Shown: in pieces, positions 1 through 12,764 of the stretch
Position numbering within the stretch: position 1 is the first letter of the stretch
Layout of the letters: every line of letters starts with the position of its first letter
Origin: Welwitschia mirabilis
Lineage: Eukaryota
Assembly: GCA_051453625.1 (NCBI GenBank)
Contig: JBOZIK010000001.1
Coordinates: 3,656,479 to 3,676,478, forward strand
Reading direction: 5' to 3'
DNA: 20,000 bases
Position numbers and translations under genes: made by a program
The notes under the pieces: generated by a model
Told to the model about the DNA's origin: nothing
The model's input: only the letters and a program-made list of their open reading frames with translations
The model's database searches: none

Positions 1-2084
1 TCCATTTCTTCCTAGTTTTTATCACATAGAAAGATATCTTGTAAATAGTTAAGGGAATGTAAACTTATTATAAAACATACATGGATAAGCTTAATCATAA
101 TACTTAACCAATACAATAGGAGGTTACAAGTCCTATTAATGGCATTTTAGCTTGACATCTGATCATCCTTTGAATACGAGTTGATTCTACTTTAGGTTTA
201 AAATGTACAGACATATCTAGGCTCAATTCCATAGGCTTATACTTCACCTCGACATACTCGCAATACAGATGACAGAGAGAACATGAGATGGATGCATGCT
301 TAAAATAACCCCTACTTTCTTGAAACATTTCCAAGTGATGCGACATAGTTCATTGATGCCAAGGACTTAGGATATTAAGTCAGACTAAGTTTATACATGG
401 GCAGGATAGGAGAGTGTTGATCAAATCCACTTCTAAAAGGGTATTATAAAAAGAATGTAATGCAACCCACCATGGGGATGAAATCCAAGTATGGGGATGA
501 TTATTATTAGGATTATTTTGATTTTGTCATGTTTGATGAATATACCACATAATACATGCATATAATTTTAACTAATGTGGATATTTAATGGATTATTTAC
601 CTAATAATTCTAATCATCATTAGGTTCATTTTATAGAAATAATTCTAAAAGAAAAAACAAGCATACTAGAATATCTCTATATTCAAGATTATAGTAATGA
701 AAATATAAATAAAGAAACTATTATTTCTTTTTTCCTTTTAATAATAATAATAAAATTTAAAATGTATCAAATCACATCTTAATAATGTATTTTAAGAAAC
801 TAATCCATATGTGAATCTATGTTAATCCTAGTAGCATTCTTCCATGCTCATATGATAATTTCCATTGTGTAAGGAAGATAAACAAAAAAAGTATAGTTCA
901 AGAATGATTATTAAGATATAATTATTTATTTAATACTCATATGGATTTATTATAAGTCATATTTATGTTATTTAAACTACTAAGATGAAAACCCTTCTAA
1001 GCATGCATATACAAAGTAAGATAAACGTAAAAGGTAAAAAGGTATTTCTATAATAAAATATTATTTCTATGTAATTTAAATTAAGGGGTGACTTAGGGCC
1101 TAAGATTAGGTTGAAAGGCATTGTTGATGGACAATAAGTTAATATTCATGTACTATCTTTTATTGGTCCCAAGGGACGGAGGAGGCTAAGTTAGCTGAAA
1201 GATGGTTATCCGTTCAAGGACGCAAGGTGACCTTTCCTTTTTCAGGGTAGTTCACTGGTAGTTGGTTCACCCACTCTAGTTGCTACAGGCTTTGTCTTGA
1301 ATATATTCCCCTTTGATATAAGCTTATCTTATATCCTTAAATTCCCTATAAAAATATTATGTAATAATTTTTCTATGATTTAAAACATTAACTATAATGT
1401 TTTGGAGCTTTAAGGAGATATCATAATAAAAAATTTAATAATTAATGAATTATCAAGAAATAAATAAAGTTTTTCATAAATTAGATTTATAATAGAATGC
1501 TTAGAAAATAACTTAGACTATCGTGGGATTCTAAAAATATTATTTCTAAGGTCATGATTTAAAGTTAAAAACTACCAAATTTTCTAAAATTATGGTTCTA
1601 CTTCACGACATTAAAATGATCATAACCTTGAAAAATATTTGGATTTTTAAATGATGCAATATATTTTGGAAATATTATTTAATTCTTTACAACTTAGAAT
1701 GCTTAATTTTTCAAATATTTTAACTATTAGTTAGAGAAACATAAATTAATTACATACTATTTGTTGCACTTATTTCCTAATATATTTTTAATAAATAACT
1801 TTATTAAAAACTATTACACATTAAAAAAATTACTATTTTTACATTTTCCCAGTAATAACACAATCTTAGATGTAAAAAAATTACTAATTTATACCTACTA
1901 ATTAACAAACTATAGTATTTTTAACCTATGCCTCTATTCTAAAAGTTTAATTTTCGCTATTAGAAAAAATATGTTAAAGTTCCTACAAATAACTAGGAAA
2001 TAATTTAGATCAGTAAATTAATGGATATACTAAATAATTATTTACAAAATATCTTAATTAAATTTACTAATTTAATTCATTGTA

Positions 2085-2564
2085 GAATGAAAAATCAAAT
2101 CAATTTAAAAAGAACCATTTACTATGAGCCTTAGGATTTCCATGAAAGAGTACTAGCCTAAAAGAGATTTTTGAAGATTAGGCCTTTGCCCCTAATAAGA
2201 TGGACCTAATGCATACTAGATAAATTTATATTATTAAAATAAACATGGGTACCCAAATTTTCTTTTTTTCGCTCTTCTTATAGTAAACCCCCTAGTCATT
2301 TGGCCATAACCATCCATTAGTAACCTCCATTACCAAGCACAAGATACTCCTCATATCTCCTCAATGTCTTAGTAAGATCCAATAGGAGGAAATATCATTA
2401 CTCTAATAGAATCTTCAAAAACGATCATATGAACAATATGAGTAAATAGCTTATTTGGAAATATTGGTAAGTCCTTGATAGTCAAAGATTGATGAAGATC
2501 CAATATTAAGAATTATTAGCTACAAGCTTCTGAGCTCTAAGCTTCACAAGTTAGAAAATAAAAA
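2085..2564. repeat. diverged direct repeat, copy A (cut by the gap)
   Basis: Collinear with 4333-4875, e.g. CATTTACTATGAGCCTTAGGATTTCCATGAAAGAGTACTA, CCCCTAATAAGATGGACCTAATGCATA, CTTATAGTAAACCCCCTAGTCA, GCTTCACAA. Confidence 0.9.
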
Positions 2565-2664
2565 NNNNNNNNNNNNNNNNNNNNNNNNNNNNNNNNNNNN
2601 NNNNNNNNNNNNNNNNNNNNNNNNNNNNNNNNNNNNNNNNNNNNNNNNNNNNNNNNNNNNNNNN
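2565..2664. other. assembly gap (100 N)
   Basis: Run of exactly 100 N, the usual placeholder for a gap of unknown size. Confidence 0.99.
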
Positions 2665-3099
2665 TATCATAATAAGCTATCATCCCGATTATTGTGGGGA
2701 TGATAGTGGGGATGACACACTTCCCAAGCTTCTCAAGTAGCGTAAATTGGTCTTCTTCATCTTTAGTCCTCTTTCAATATGCTAAGTATCAGGAGATGCT
2801 TGAAATGCCTCCAATTATGCCAAGAATTATATGTTTTTATGATCATCTTGTTATCTCTCCATAACAATTGTATCTAAACCTATATAAATGTCCTACAAAA
2901 GTACTCCAAATATACCATCAAATTCCTATAAATTGGCATCACAACAACATGAAACCATCATTTCTTTCCTACATCTTCACTTACATTGGTTTCGATACAT
3001 GCACAAATTGTATGAGAACTATATTCCATCATAGTTCCTAGCATGGCTCATGACAAGGAATGGGTTGAAAAAGGGATTTCAAAATAGGGTAAGGGGTTA

Positions 3100-5250
3100 C
3101 ACTCCAAGGAGACATGACCAATACCTCTCATTAGTTTATGTTAATTTCTTTATGACACATGTTCTAATAATCCAAATGCACCCTACTAAAAGGGGGTATT
3201 AATATTATAAGTTATGCATATATCTCTTCTTTTTGCTTTAGCAGTCTAGTCTCAATGCCTTGGGACCTCTAATGGAGAGTTACATTCCCTGAAGTTTATA
3301 TAACTAATTACCCTAGCCAGTTTTAATTTTATAATATAATATAAAGGTTAGTGATCAAACAAGATGTTCACATGCATAGCTTACAAAAGAGCTAGTCAAC
3401 GAGACTTAGTCACAAAAGTTGATAGCAAGGTAGCTTAGGATCCACAGGTTTTTGACAATTAGTTCATACAAAACATAACTCTACAACTCCGAGAGGACTC
3501 TTACAAGATATTATTAAAAGACTATTAAGGTTTTATAAATACTTCAGTGCACACATAACAACACAAAAAATATGGCATTCACATGAGGTTTATAAGATAT
3601 AAATACATGAAAGAGAACTCAAACCATGCAAGAATATACAAGAACAAATCCTACATGTATTTATAAAGAAGACTACGAACCATACCTATTCTTAGTGAAA
3701 ATCCAAAGTAATCTTAGTTGTAATCAACTCCACATGACCAAGTCATAAAGTATGACTTTAATAGCTAGGGGAAATCAAGTATTTATAACAAAGAACTGAT
3801 AGCAGGGTTTAGGTTTCTATAGATAGTTTAGATTCCCTCAATCCTTCCTTTACAAGTTTGCCCATTAGGTTTGAATAATAATACAAAAATATCTAATAAA
3901 TAAATTTAACTAGATGAGATAAATAACATGAACAATTATTTTAGATTACATGTCCTTACCATTACATGAATAAGATATAATTAAGAGAAATCTATATCAA
4001 AGCTATAGTTAATTTCCAAAGATAAGTTAAGTAATCCAATGTTAAACTGCATCAATAGAAAATCATGCATAAGTAATATTAATTTACTTAATTAGTTGAA
4101 TCTTTAAGTTTAACTAACAAAAATAATAACACCAAGTTATTATTTCAAATAATTCTAAAGTAATAGTATGCAAATACCTTAGTTTTACTATTACTTTTAT
4201 TACAAATACTATTATTTTTAACAACTAAAAACTAAAGTTATTTATTATTACTAAATTTATAAAATCTAATCATTTATCTAAATGATTAAGAAGGTTTTCT
4301 AACCTTAGAAAAGATCTGGACATGATAATTATAGAAAGAAAAATCAAATAAATTCAAAAATAATCATTTACTATAAGCCTTAGGATTTCCAGGAAAGAGT
4401 ACTAACCTAAATCAAATTTTTAAGGATCATACCTTTACCCCTAATAAGATGAACCTAATGCATAATAGATAAAAACTTAATACTAAAATAAACATGGATA
4501 TCAAAATTTTCTTTTTTTTAATTTACTCTTTATAGTAAAGCCCCTAGTCACTTTGCATAATCATCCATTAATAACCTCTATCACCAAGCATAAGAGGCCC
4601 TTCGTATCTCTCTATTGTCTTAGTAAGAGCACATGAAAGAGAAGAAAATTATATATATATACACATACATAATTTCAAGGTAATTATAATGATGATCGAA
4701 TTTAATATATCATCACTCTACTAGAATATTTAAAAAAGATCATATGGACAACATGAATAAAGAGCTTACTTGAAAATATTAGTAACTCTTTAATGCTTGA
4801 AGATTAATAAAGATCTAAACTCAAGAATATTAGCTTAAAGCTTTCAAGATCCAGGCTTCACAAATAATAGAATGAAAAGAAAGAGAGGAAAAAAGAAAAT
4901 GTACTTTCATGAAAAATGGAAAGTATCTTCTCCTTTGTAAGAAAGGAAAAATCTCTATATATAAAATAACAAAAGGCACATAGCTTAAGATCACATGATT
5001 TATCATTGATAAGTGGGATGAGTAATAAGTAATCTTCTTTCTTTAATTATCAAGGTTAATTACATGTATTGTTTTCTTATGCTAGATCCTTCTTAATCCA
5101 TCATAGACTCATGAGTAAGTTTAGTTCATTCAAGACATGTATCAAAATAATAAATGCATAAATCTCAAAATTTTCATGTGGATAATGAAATAAACTCTTC
5201 AATTCCAATGCAAAAAGTAATAAATATGCTATAAATCAAGTGTCCTTACA
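3100..5250 (-). mobile_element. putative long (Ty3/gypsy-like) LTR relic containing repeat copy B
   Basis: Minus strand starts TGTAAGGACAC at 5250, has a TATA-like run at ~4956-4966, then a CT-rich tract (4875-4900). The left boundary is a guess and no PBS, PPT or TSD was verified. Confidence 0.3.
4333..4875. repeat. diverged direct repeat, copy B (with ~60 bp extra at ~4645-4705)
   Basis: CATTTTACTATAAGCCTTAGGATTTCCAGGAAAGAGTACTA-like, CCCCTAATAAGATGAACCTAATGCATA, TTTATAGTAAAGCCCCTAGTCA, GCTTCACAA. Confidence 0.9.
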
Positions 5251-8200
5251 CATCTCAAGAAGATAAAAGTTGTGGTAGAGTAAATCTACTCATTTATTAC
5301 TCTTAATTCTAAGTAAGAGTGCATGTGCTCATTCACACTTTCATTTATTTCATAATTCATAGAATCTACTAATCACACAACACAAAAAAGAATATGTATA
5401 TTCATAATATAGTACACCTATTACATTTACCAAAAATTTAAATAAGTAAATAAGATGTAAAATATATGATTATTTCCTCTTGAAATTTTTAATTTCTTAG
5501 TTTTATCATATGATTTTCATTCTTTACATAATGGGATTATCTAATTTTAAATGTTTGAATAGATTTTCTCATAAAAACCTTTTAACATAATTATTATGAT
5601 TTTCATGGAAAATTTCAAACTAAATTTAATTTAAAATACCATCTTATTTTTACAAGGCCTTTAAAGAATAGTAATTCATCATCTGACTAAAAGATTAATA
5701 TGTTTAATATTCAAGTAATTAAGGTTTACAAAATATGGGATATGGTACTTTCATTATAAATTCAAAGTAGATCTAAAATTATATTGTATGAGTTGATATA
5801 AATTGTGATTTTGATAATTAAAATAATTCTCTTCTTTATTGGCTTTATTTTCTTAAATAATAGTTATTTTATGCTTATAAGTAAAAGTATATTATCTTTC
5901 TATAATTTACTTATAAAGATCTTATATTTTAACTTGGAAAATAATGTAATTCCATGGCACTAAGAAACCTTGAATCCAAAATCAAGAAACTAAGAAATCC
6001 AAATTCTATAATGAGAGCCTTGTTAAATTAATATTCAGGGTATTTATGAATTTAAAGTTCTTTTTAAGTTTAAGAATTTCATAGAAGATAGCACAGATAA
6101 ATCAATATGAATTTCTATGCTAATTAAATTAAATAAGAAGCTATGATTCATTAAGAAATAGCATTATTATTAAATTTAATTCTTTTTCTAATTAGTCATT
6201 TATAGTTCACAAGATGACATCATGCCATAACAATTAAAAATAAGGACTAATTTGTGATTCAAAGTAATGAAATCCAAAAACTTAGAAAAATAGCAATTTG
6301 TAGTTAAATCTTTCATGAAAAAAAGAAAAATAAGAATCTACATAAATATTTATTTAGAAATGTCAATTTCATAATCAAAAAGATAGTAAGAAATACATTG
6401 TTAATAGCTTTACTCATGTTTAAAATATAGATATTAAAAACACACTTTAAAGTCATAGGAGAATGAAATCCATCTATTCTTATTTAATGGAATGAGACAA
6501 TATAATGGAATCATTAATTAATTAATAAATTTTAATGTAATAAGTGTGACTTGTTTTATTTAAATTAGACAACATAATACATCAAGACATCTATCTTTTT
6601 TCCTATTTTTTCCTACATTAAGATTAATAAGAATATGATTAAATTAGATAATATTTTTTATTAAATTTATATTTACCAATAATATTAAATGATTCAAATG
6701 AACCTTTTGTATTAGAAAGTTCAATGAATTAATTAATCTAAGAATGAAACTAGATACTCTATTAAATAGAAGAAAATTAATGCAAAAATTACCTACACAT
6801 AGAAGCTAATGCAACATTATTAAAAAAATTTCTAATCACATTTATCCCATAATCATGTTTTATACATGGTAATAAGAACCTCGTTTTTGCTATTATTTCA
6901 TAAATAGAAGCTCCTATTCTATATCTTATGAAGTTTCAAAAGAAAAAACTATCATTTTATCTAGCACAAATAAGATTTTATATAAATTATTCAATCAAAT
7001 TTGATTAAAATTTAGTTTCTAGGGAAAATAATAATATTAGCATAAGGTCAATAATAAACTTTAGATAGGAGCACAACTTCACATAATATTTGTCAACATA
7101 ATGATAGTTGTATGGATTTTTAGAATAAAATATTAATAATTATGAATATTTTATTTTTTTGTAACATTATGGATGAAAAATTATTATGTTTAGTGAGATT
7201 TTTTTCCCCTTAAACACTAATAGATTACACATTTTCTAAGACTCTCTAAAGAGAAGTAAGACTAACCACAAGGGGTTTTTAAAGTAGGCATGAACAAATC
7301 GTCATAAAACTTTAACTAGAATCTTTAGATCAATATTATTTATCCTAGTTCTATTACAAGAAAGCTATGTCTAAATGAATTCCCCATAATAAATTAAACA
7401 AATTCATTAAGAGAGATAAGAAAAGCTCTTTGCTCTCAGAAATCTTAACTTTGATAATAAAAGAAAATAATTTTAGGATAAATATACATGATATAAATTC
7501 AATAACTACATTAATAGATTTAAATAAATACCACCCATTAATCAAATATATGTTTGTGATTTTCTTCGTTTCTTCATATAAAGTGATCATAAAAATGACA
7601 CTTTAAGACTTACTAATATGGTCTTGAGAAGACTAATATTATTAATGAAATTAATGATTATAAGTACAAGAAAATATGAAATTAAAAAGTTTCACATGAT
7701 TTTTTATTTCTTTTCAAATGATATTTGATAATAGTTTGATTTGCATCTTTTTTAAATTCAATAAAACATATTAATAAGAATAGTGAACATTATCATGGCT
7801 TGTGTGATTCTTTGTATGGCAAGTAATTTAGGTTTCACATTTATCCATTAAGGGAAATACAAGAATGTATATTCAACATAGAAATACAAAGTTTTAAATT
7901 AATATATCTTATTGCTATGTTGTAATAGTTGATATCAAAAGAAATAGTTAGAAATATGACTTAGCAACAAAAGCATAGATGATAGTTTTGAAATAAAAAC
8001 TAAGGCTATTAATTTAATACATGCAATCAAAATTATTGTTACTCCATAATAATCATAAGGGAATTTTAAAGCTTGTAATTTTTTAGCAAATTAAGTTATT
8101 AAAAAGAAAGTGTAAAGCGCATTTTAATAAAGGAATGAAAAATTAATAAATAAAATCTTTTGCTTCTAAAAATTAGAAATGATTATTCAAAAGACAAAAA

Positions 8201-11200
8201 AATCAATCAAGCATAAATAAAGAAAATAACAAAAATCATCACCATTTTCTCAACCCAAAATGATACATCATTAAGAAATTATATTTTTATAAGTAGGTGG
8301 TAAATCATCTACTGTAAATCTTAAATGTTGTAAAGGCTATAAAAGAACTTGCAATGCCAAAGCATTATCAACATTTATAAATGGATCATTTTACAATAAA
8401 ATATCAAGGGGGGTAATGAGGGAAGCATGAAATATGTCATAGATTCTAATACATCATTCATGTATCATAATAAAACATTAAAGTAACAAGATTCAAAAGA
8501 ACAATTATAAAGAATAGTGAAAATGAACTATGGTAATGTCAGTAATCATAAATATAACAATCATGAAAATGAAAACCTTATGCAATAACAAATCAAATTA
8601 TATTAACTAGCAATACAAATGATATAACAAATAAAAATCTAGTATAAAGTATGTCCTTAGGCTTAGTAAGAAAACTGTCTAATGAAATAGTAAATCTTAC
8701 ATGCTTAGAGAGAAAGACAAAAGTCTTATAACCTTATGATGAGAAAATCCCTAATCATAGCCATTGCGACCATGGTGGGATTAATGAAATATGCTTACAT
8801 AGCCTCAAAGTTAAATCTTCACATTCAATTTCACATGCTTTATACATAGAGGTACATTAAATATATCAAAGAGACATTACTTAATGATTAAAATTTTTGA
8901 AGCAAATCCTTATCCTCATAGAATCTTCATCAAATTTTTCAACATTTAATTTGATTTTTATTACTTTACATAGATTTATTTTTACTATTCTATAGTCAAT
9001 TTTTGCTCTAAATTTTATGGAATGCATGATGCTATAAGATGTTGGCAATATTGTAGATCTAATGATGATTCTAGTCTTTTCAAAATTTGGTCTTTAATTA
9101 AAGTTCAAGTTTCTCTGCATGTTCTACATAAAAAGAACCAAGTATTATTTTTTTTAAAATAAAATTTCAATAATTATAAATATCAAATTTAACTAATAAA
9201 AAATTAATCTTAACATATTATTTATAATGTTAAAATATTTTATTTAATAAAGTTCAAAAGAAAAAAATTGTAAAAATTAAAGTAAAATCACTTCCCAATC
9301 TAATATTATAGTTATTTATTAGTAAATAATACAAAAAAATAATTTCTAAAATTTTATTTTTAATCTATAAAATTTCTAAGGTATCAAATTCAAGCTTAAA
9401 AAAATTAGATCATCTTAAAATCCTTTAACTTACATTCATTTCGTATATCAGCCTAAGTTAAAATGGTGCATAAAATCTTAGAAGAAACAAAAATGTGTTA
9501 ACTTTTTAGGTCTAATTTCATTTTTAAATTTTAACATTTTTCTAAAAATGCTTAGTTTTTAGCATTCTAAAACAAAGAAAATTAAAAAACTTTATATGGT
9601 TTTTAATGCTTCATTAAGACATAAAATACCCAAGAATCTAAAACTTATTAGTGTCCTATACCCCCAACAAAAATATTACATTGTCCCTTAATGTAGAAAA
9701 GGATTAAAAGAATGCCAAAACGTTAACTTTAAAACTTCAATTTATAAAATAGAAACTACATATTTTTATTACTAAACTTTTTGAAATATTATGAGGCATG
9801 GAGAAAATCACATAAAGAAAATAAATAAAAAGAGAAAGTGTATCAAGAAAAGGAAAAAAAAGGGATGGATTGAAAGACATTTTTCATTAGAAGATCTCTT
9901 TGTAAAGGTTAATATCCTATAGATTTCATCAAGGTTTAACATAATTTTCTTTTTCTCTTATCAAACATTTATACTATTTCTTTCTTGTCCTTCCTTATTT
10001 TCCAACAAATTATTTACAGCCAACATTCATGTTTCTCAAGCACTATCTCCATAAATATCCTTTTCTCTTGTGAAGATTTAGGGGTTACTAATCTTGTCCT
10101 TTGTTGTTATTTCTTATCTTCCTCCTTTCCTTCTTCTTGGATCATATAAATGCTTACTTCTGGTCTTAATGACTAAATTGGCTTGTTATTCTTCTTTACT
10201 TTTGTGATTTAATGGTTTGTAATAAAATCAATAACTTCTCAATTTCAACCCTCAACATGTAAGAGTGTAATAACATATACAAATCTATGAATTTTTCTTA
10301 TGAACATGGATAGTAATAAATCCCTAGCATTTTCCTATAAATATCTAAGATGACTAAGGATAACTTTACAAATATTGAGTTTTTTCCATTTTGAATGAAT
10401 GATAGAAATTAAACTTAAAAAGGAAGATCAAGCATCAAAAACATAAAAATAAGGGCATATATTCCTAATATTAAATATAGTGCTAATGGATTTTTAAAAA
10501 GAAACCTACATGAAAAGAAATCTTACCTATTTAAATTTTATCCTAAATTAATTTATACATGTGCCTTGCTAGATTTTTCTTAAAATAGTAGGAATGCTTA
10601 GCATTAAAGTAATAAAAATCTCAAAAACTTTTATCCTTGATTCTAGCTTTCATGAAAATCTTCTTCCTTCTTCTCATTCCTTTGTTCATCAACTTTCCTT
10701 TCATGCATAATATACAAATTTTTAAAAAACCGTTAAACCTCATTAAGGATTAGATTTTTCTCCCTTATTTTTTAATAAAAAAGTCTTTCCTATCCATTCT
10801 TTCCCCTTTTTTCCAAGTAATTAGTACCATATTCTTATAAAAATTAGTGAAATGCATACTTCATAATGACATATCCTCTTCACTTAGGTATTCTTTCAAA
10901 ATATGAATGTATGTTAATAAAAAAGAATGACATTGCTAGTAGAATATATGAAAACACTAATTTATTTATGGTAAGATCAAATAAAAAGGATCAAGGTAGC
11001 ATAGGTAGAGTATAGAAAGGTATAGGCATAACTAGGTTCTTAACAAAAATGTAGGATTAGGACTCTATACTTATAGATTAGAGAATAAATATAAGTCATT
11101 AATCATTCATTACTTGATAGTACATATGATATATATAAATGCAAAGTAGACTTGCACGATAAGTGCATGGGAACGTAGTAATCAACTTTATCTACACTTA

Positions 11201-11329
11201 GCACTAAGAACACTTATTACCATTTTAAAAAATAAAACTCTTTAATAAAATTATAAGATTTTTTAAATGTTTTTAAGGTTTAAAAACAAAAAACATATTA
11301 TTTTAGTTATTAATTTATTAATTAATGCT

Positions 11330-11517
11330 AAAGGAGGAGTGTGTCCCTCGCATGAATAGTTGTAACTAACCAATTATGTTAATAAGAGAATGATGTAATA
11401 TGGACTAAATAAATAAATAAATAAATAAAAGAATTATATTTATTTTCTTAGCTCTTTTCATTTTGTTACTTTCCAAAACATTCTAGATCTAGAAAATGCT
11501 ACGATTGGTATCAAGGC
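11330..11517 (+). mobile_element. short LTR-like fragment flanked by PPT-like and tRNA-Met PBS-like motifs
   Basis: AAAGGAGGAG (11330-11339) immediately before TGTG; ~165 bp later TGGTATCAAGGC (11506-11517; canonical TGGTATCAGAGC). Confidence 0.45.
11406..11429. repeat. (TAAA)6 microsatellite
   Basis: Direct reading: taaa x6. Confidence 0.9.
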
Positions 11518-11847
11518 AAATTAGACCTATAAAATATTCTTATCATGATAACAGATATTTACAAGAATCATAAAACTAGCTGTCACATGCTCGAGATGGG
11601 CTTTTATGTGCATTTAACAATAGAAATAAATTTTCTTTTCTAAATAATAAGGAATTATGTAGATGCTACTTTATTTTTCCAAAAAGGAAAATCCACATTC
11701 ATAAATTACCATAATAATTTTTATACTAATTTGTTTAATTTTGTTAATGTTCTTTATGATTATTTTTGTTAGTGCTCTTAAGATAAAAAATAAGACAACT
11801 CCCCTCCAACGCAATTCTTCTAATGTAGATATAAAGGAATACTCAAA

Positions 11848-12414
11848 TGAATATCATTAAAAGAAATTTAAAGGGTAATTTAAAATTTTAGTAATATAAA
11901 TCTACTTTGTAAAGGCATTCACAGATATGTTTACAAAGTATTACTTATATAGGATGAGGTGGTTGCTATGAAAGTATTCTCTTCATAAGACATATAACCA
12001 TTAACATCTATTTTAAAAGAAATTTCTTTAGAAACAAGACATTTCAAGAGAAAGTATAAGACATTAAGAAAAATATGGTACAAAAATCTAACAAAAATCA
12101 TCATGGCATGTTTTTAGTAAATTTTAGGCTTTAGTTTTATTTCTAGTGCCAAAGATCCTTTTCAAGGTTCTTCATGAATTAAATACATGATTCCCAAGGA
12201 CTTTTAGGAATTTGCAAAGTAGATGGAGGATTTTACTATAACCATTAAATGCATTATCATATCTTAATCATGAGTATAGTACTTTCATTATATATTATAA
12301 TGTTAAACTAAAGAATGTATTAATTAATAATGAGATGATTGCTCATCTTTTAGATTTTGGAATTTTATGCCTACTTAATATAGATAAAGAAAGAAAACTT
12401 GAAGTAATGGGGTA
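11848..12414 (+). pseudogene. kinase-domain remnant (subdomains I-VII) of the RLK pseudogene
   Basis: *ISLKEI*RVI*NFSNINLLCKGIHRYVYKVLL..VVAMKVF (cf. RISYQELLRATENFS..NLLG.GSFG.VYKG..VAVKV). RHFKRKYKTLRKIWYKNLTKIIMAC (cf. KSF.REC..L..IRHRNLVKIITAC). ALSYLNHEYSTFIIYYNVKLKNVLINNEMIAHLLDFGI (cf. AL.YLHH....PIVHCDLKPSNVLLD.EM.AH.SDFGI). DFG at 12353-12361. Confidence 0.88.
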
Positions 12415-12764
12415 AGCAATTTGAACATTAGAATGGATAAGATAGGATGAAAATTGTAAAGAAAGAAGGATTTTAATGACTAGTTTTATTTAAAATCATT
12501 CATTAAAGTATTTTATGCTATTGTCAAAGCATAAAAATAGGGATTGAATATTCATATTGTTTATTAATTGTTTACATTCCATTCTAAGCTTATTTGACAT
12601 GTGCAAAAAGAAATATAAATGATGAAAATTAAGGTGAAATAGCATAACACAAACCCAAGTATAAATAGGTAGTTTAGAGAATGATGTTAAATAGACATCC
12701 GTATGATGATATAAAATATATAAGATGATAAAAATTATTAATGATGGATATTCATGCTTATTAG

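Larger units (their letters stand above)
8651..12710 (+). pseudogene. highly degraded LRR receptor-like kinase (LRR-XII-like) pseudogene, interrupted by insertions
   Basis: Collinear motif relics: SLGLVRKLSNEIVNLTCL...YDEKIP (8654-), DVGNIVDL (9038-), NLTYLNFILN (10519-), cap AFNNRNKFSFLNNKELCR (11610-), hydrophobic TM (11705-11770), then kinase motifs. Outer boundaries approximate; the LRR part is less certain than the kinase part. Confidence 0.7.

Noticed and set aside
104..346. 80-aa minus ORF with faint resemblance to a gypsy integrase C-terminus (HPSHVL in another frame; YKPMELSLD)
   Set aside because: The motifs are short, in different frames and lack FHVS or chromodomain anchors, so the call is not supportable without a profile search.
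2677..2706. 10-bp stem hairpin CTATCATCCC/GGGATGATAG, and TGGGGATGA doublets here and at ~473-500
   Set aside because: Too short, next to the gap where sequence quality is doubtful, and with no wider homology between the two sites.
2900..2950. PBS-like words (TTGGCATCACA; ATATACCA)
   Set aside because: Too many mismatches to TGGTATCAGAGC and no adjacent LTR terminus.
7200..7800. 78-aa hydrophobic ORF 7354..7590, possibly a very old LINE RT relic (ISCIF..., YFKNPL downstream)
   Set aside because: No FADD/YADD or QGDPLS motif survives, and the I/L/F/K richness is expected from AT-rich DNA.
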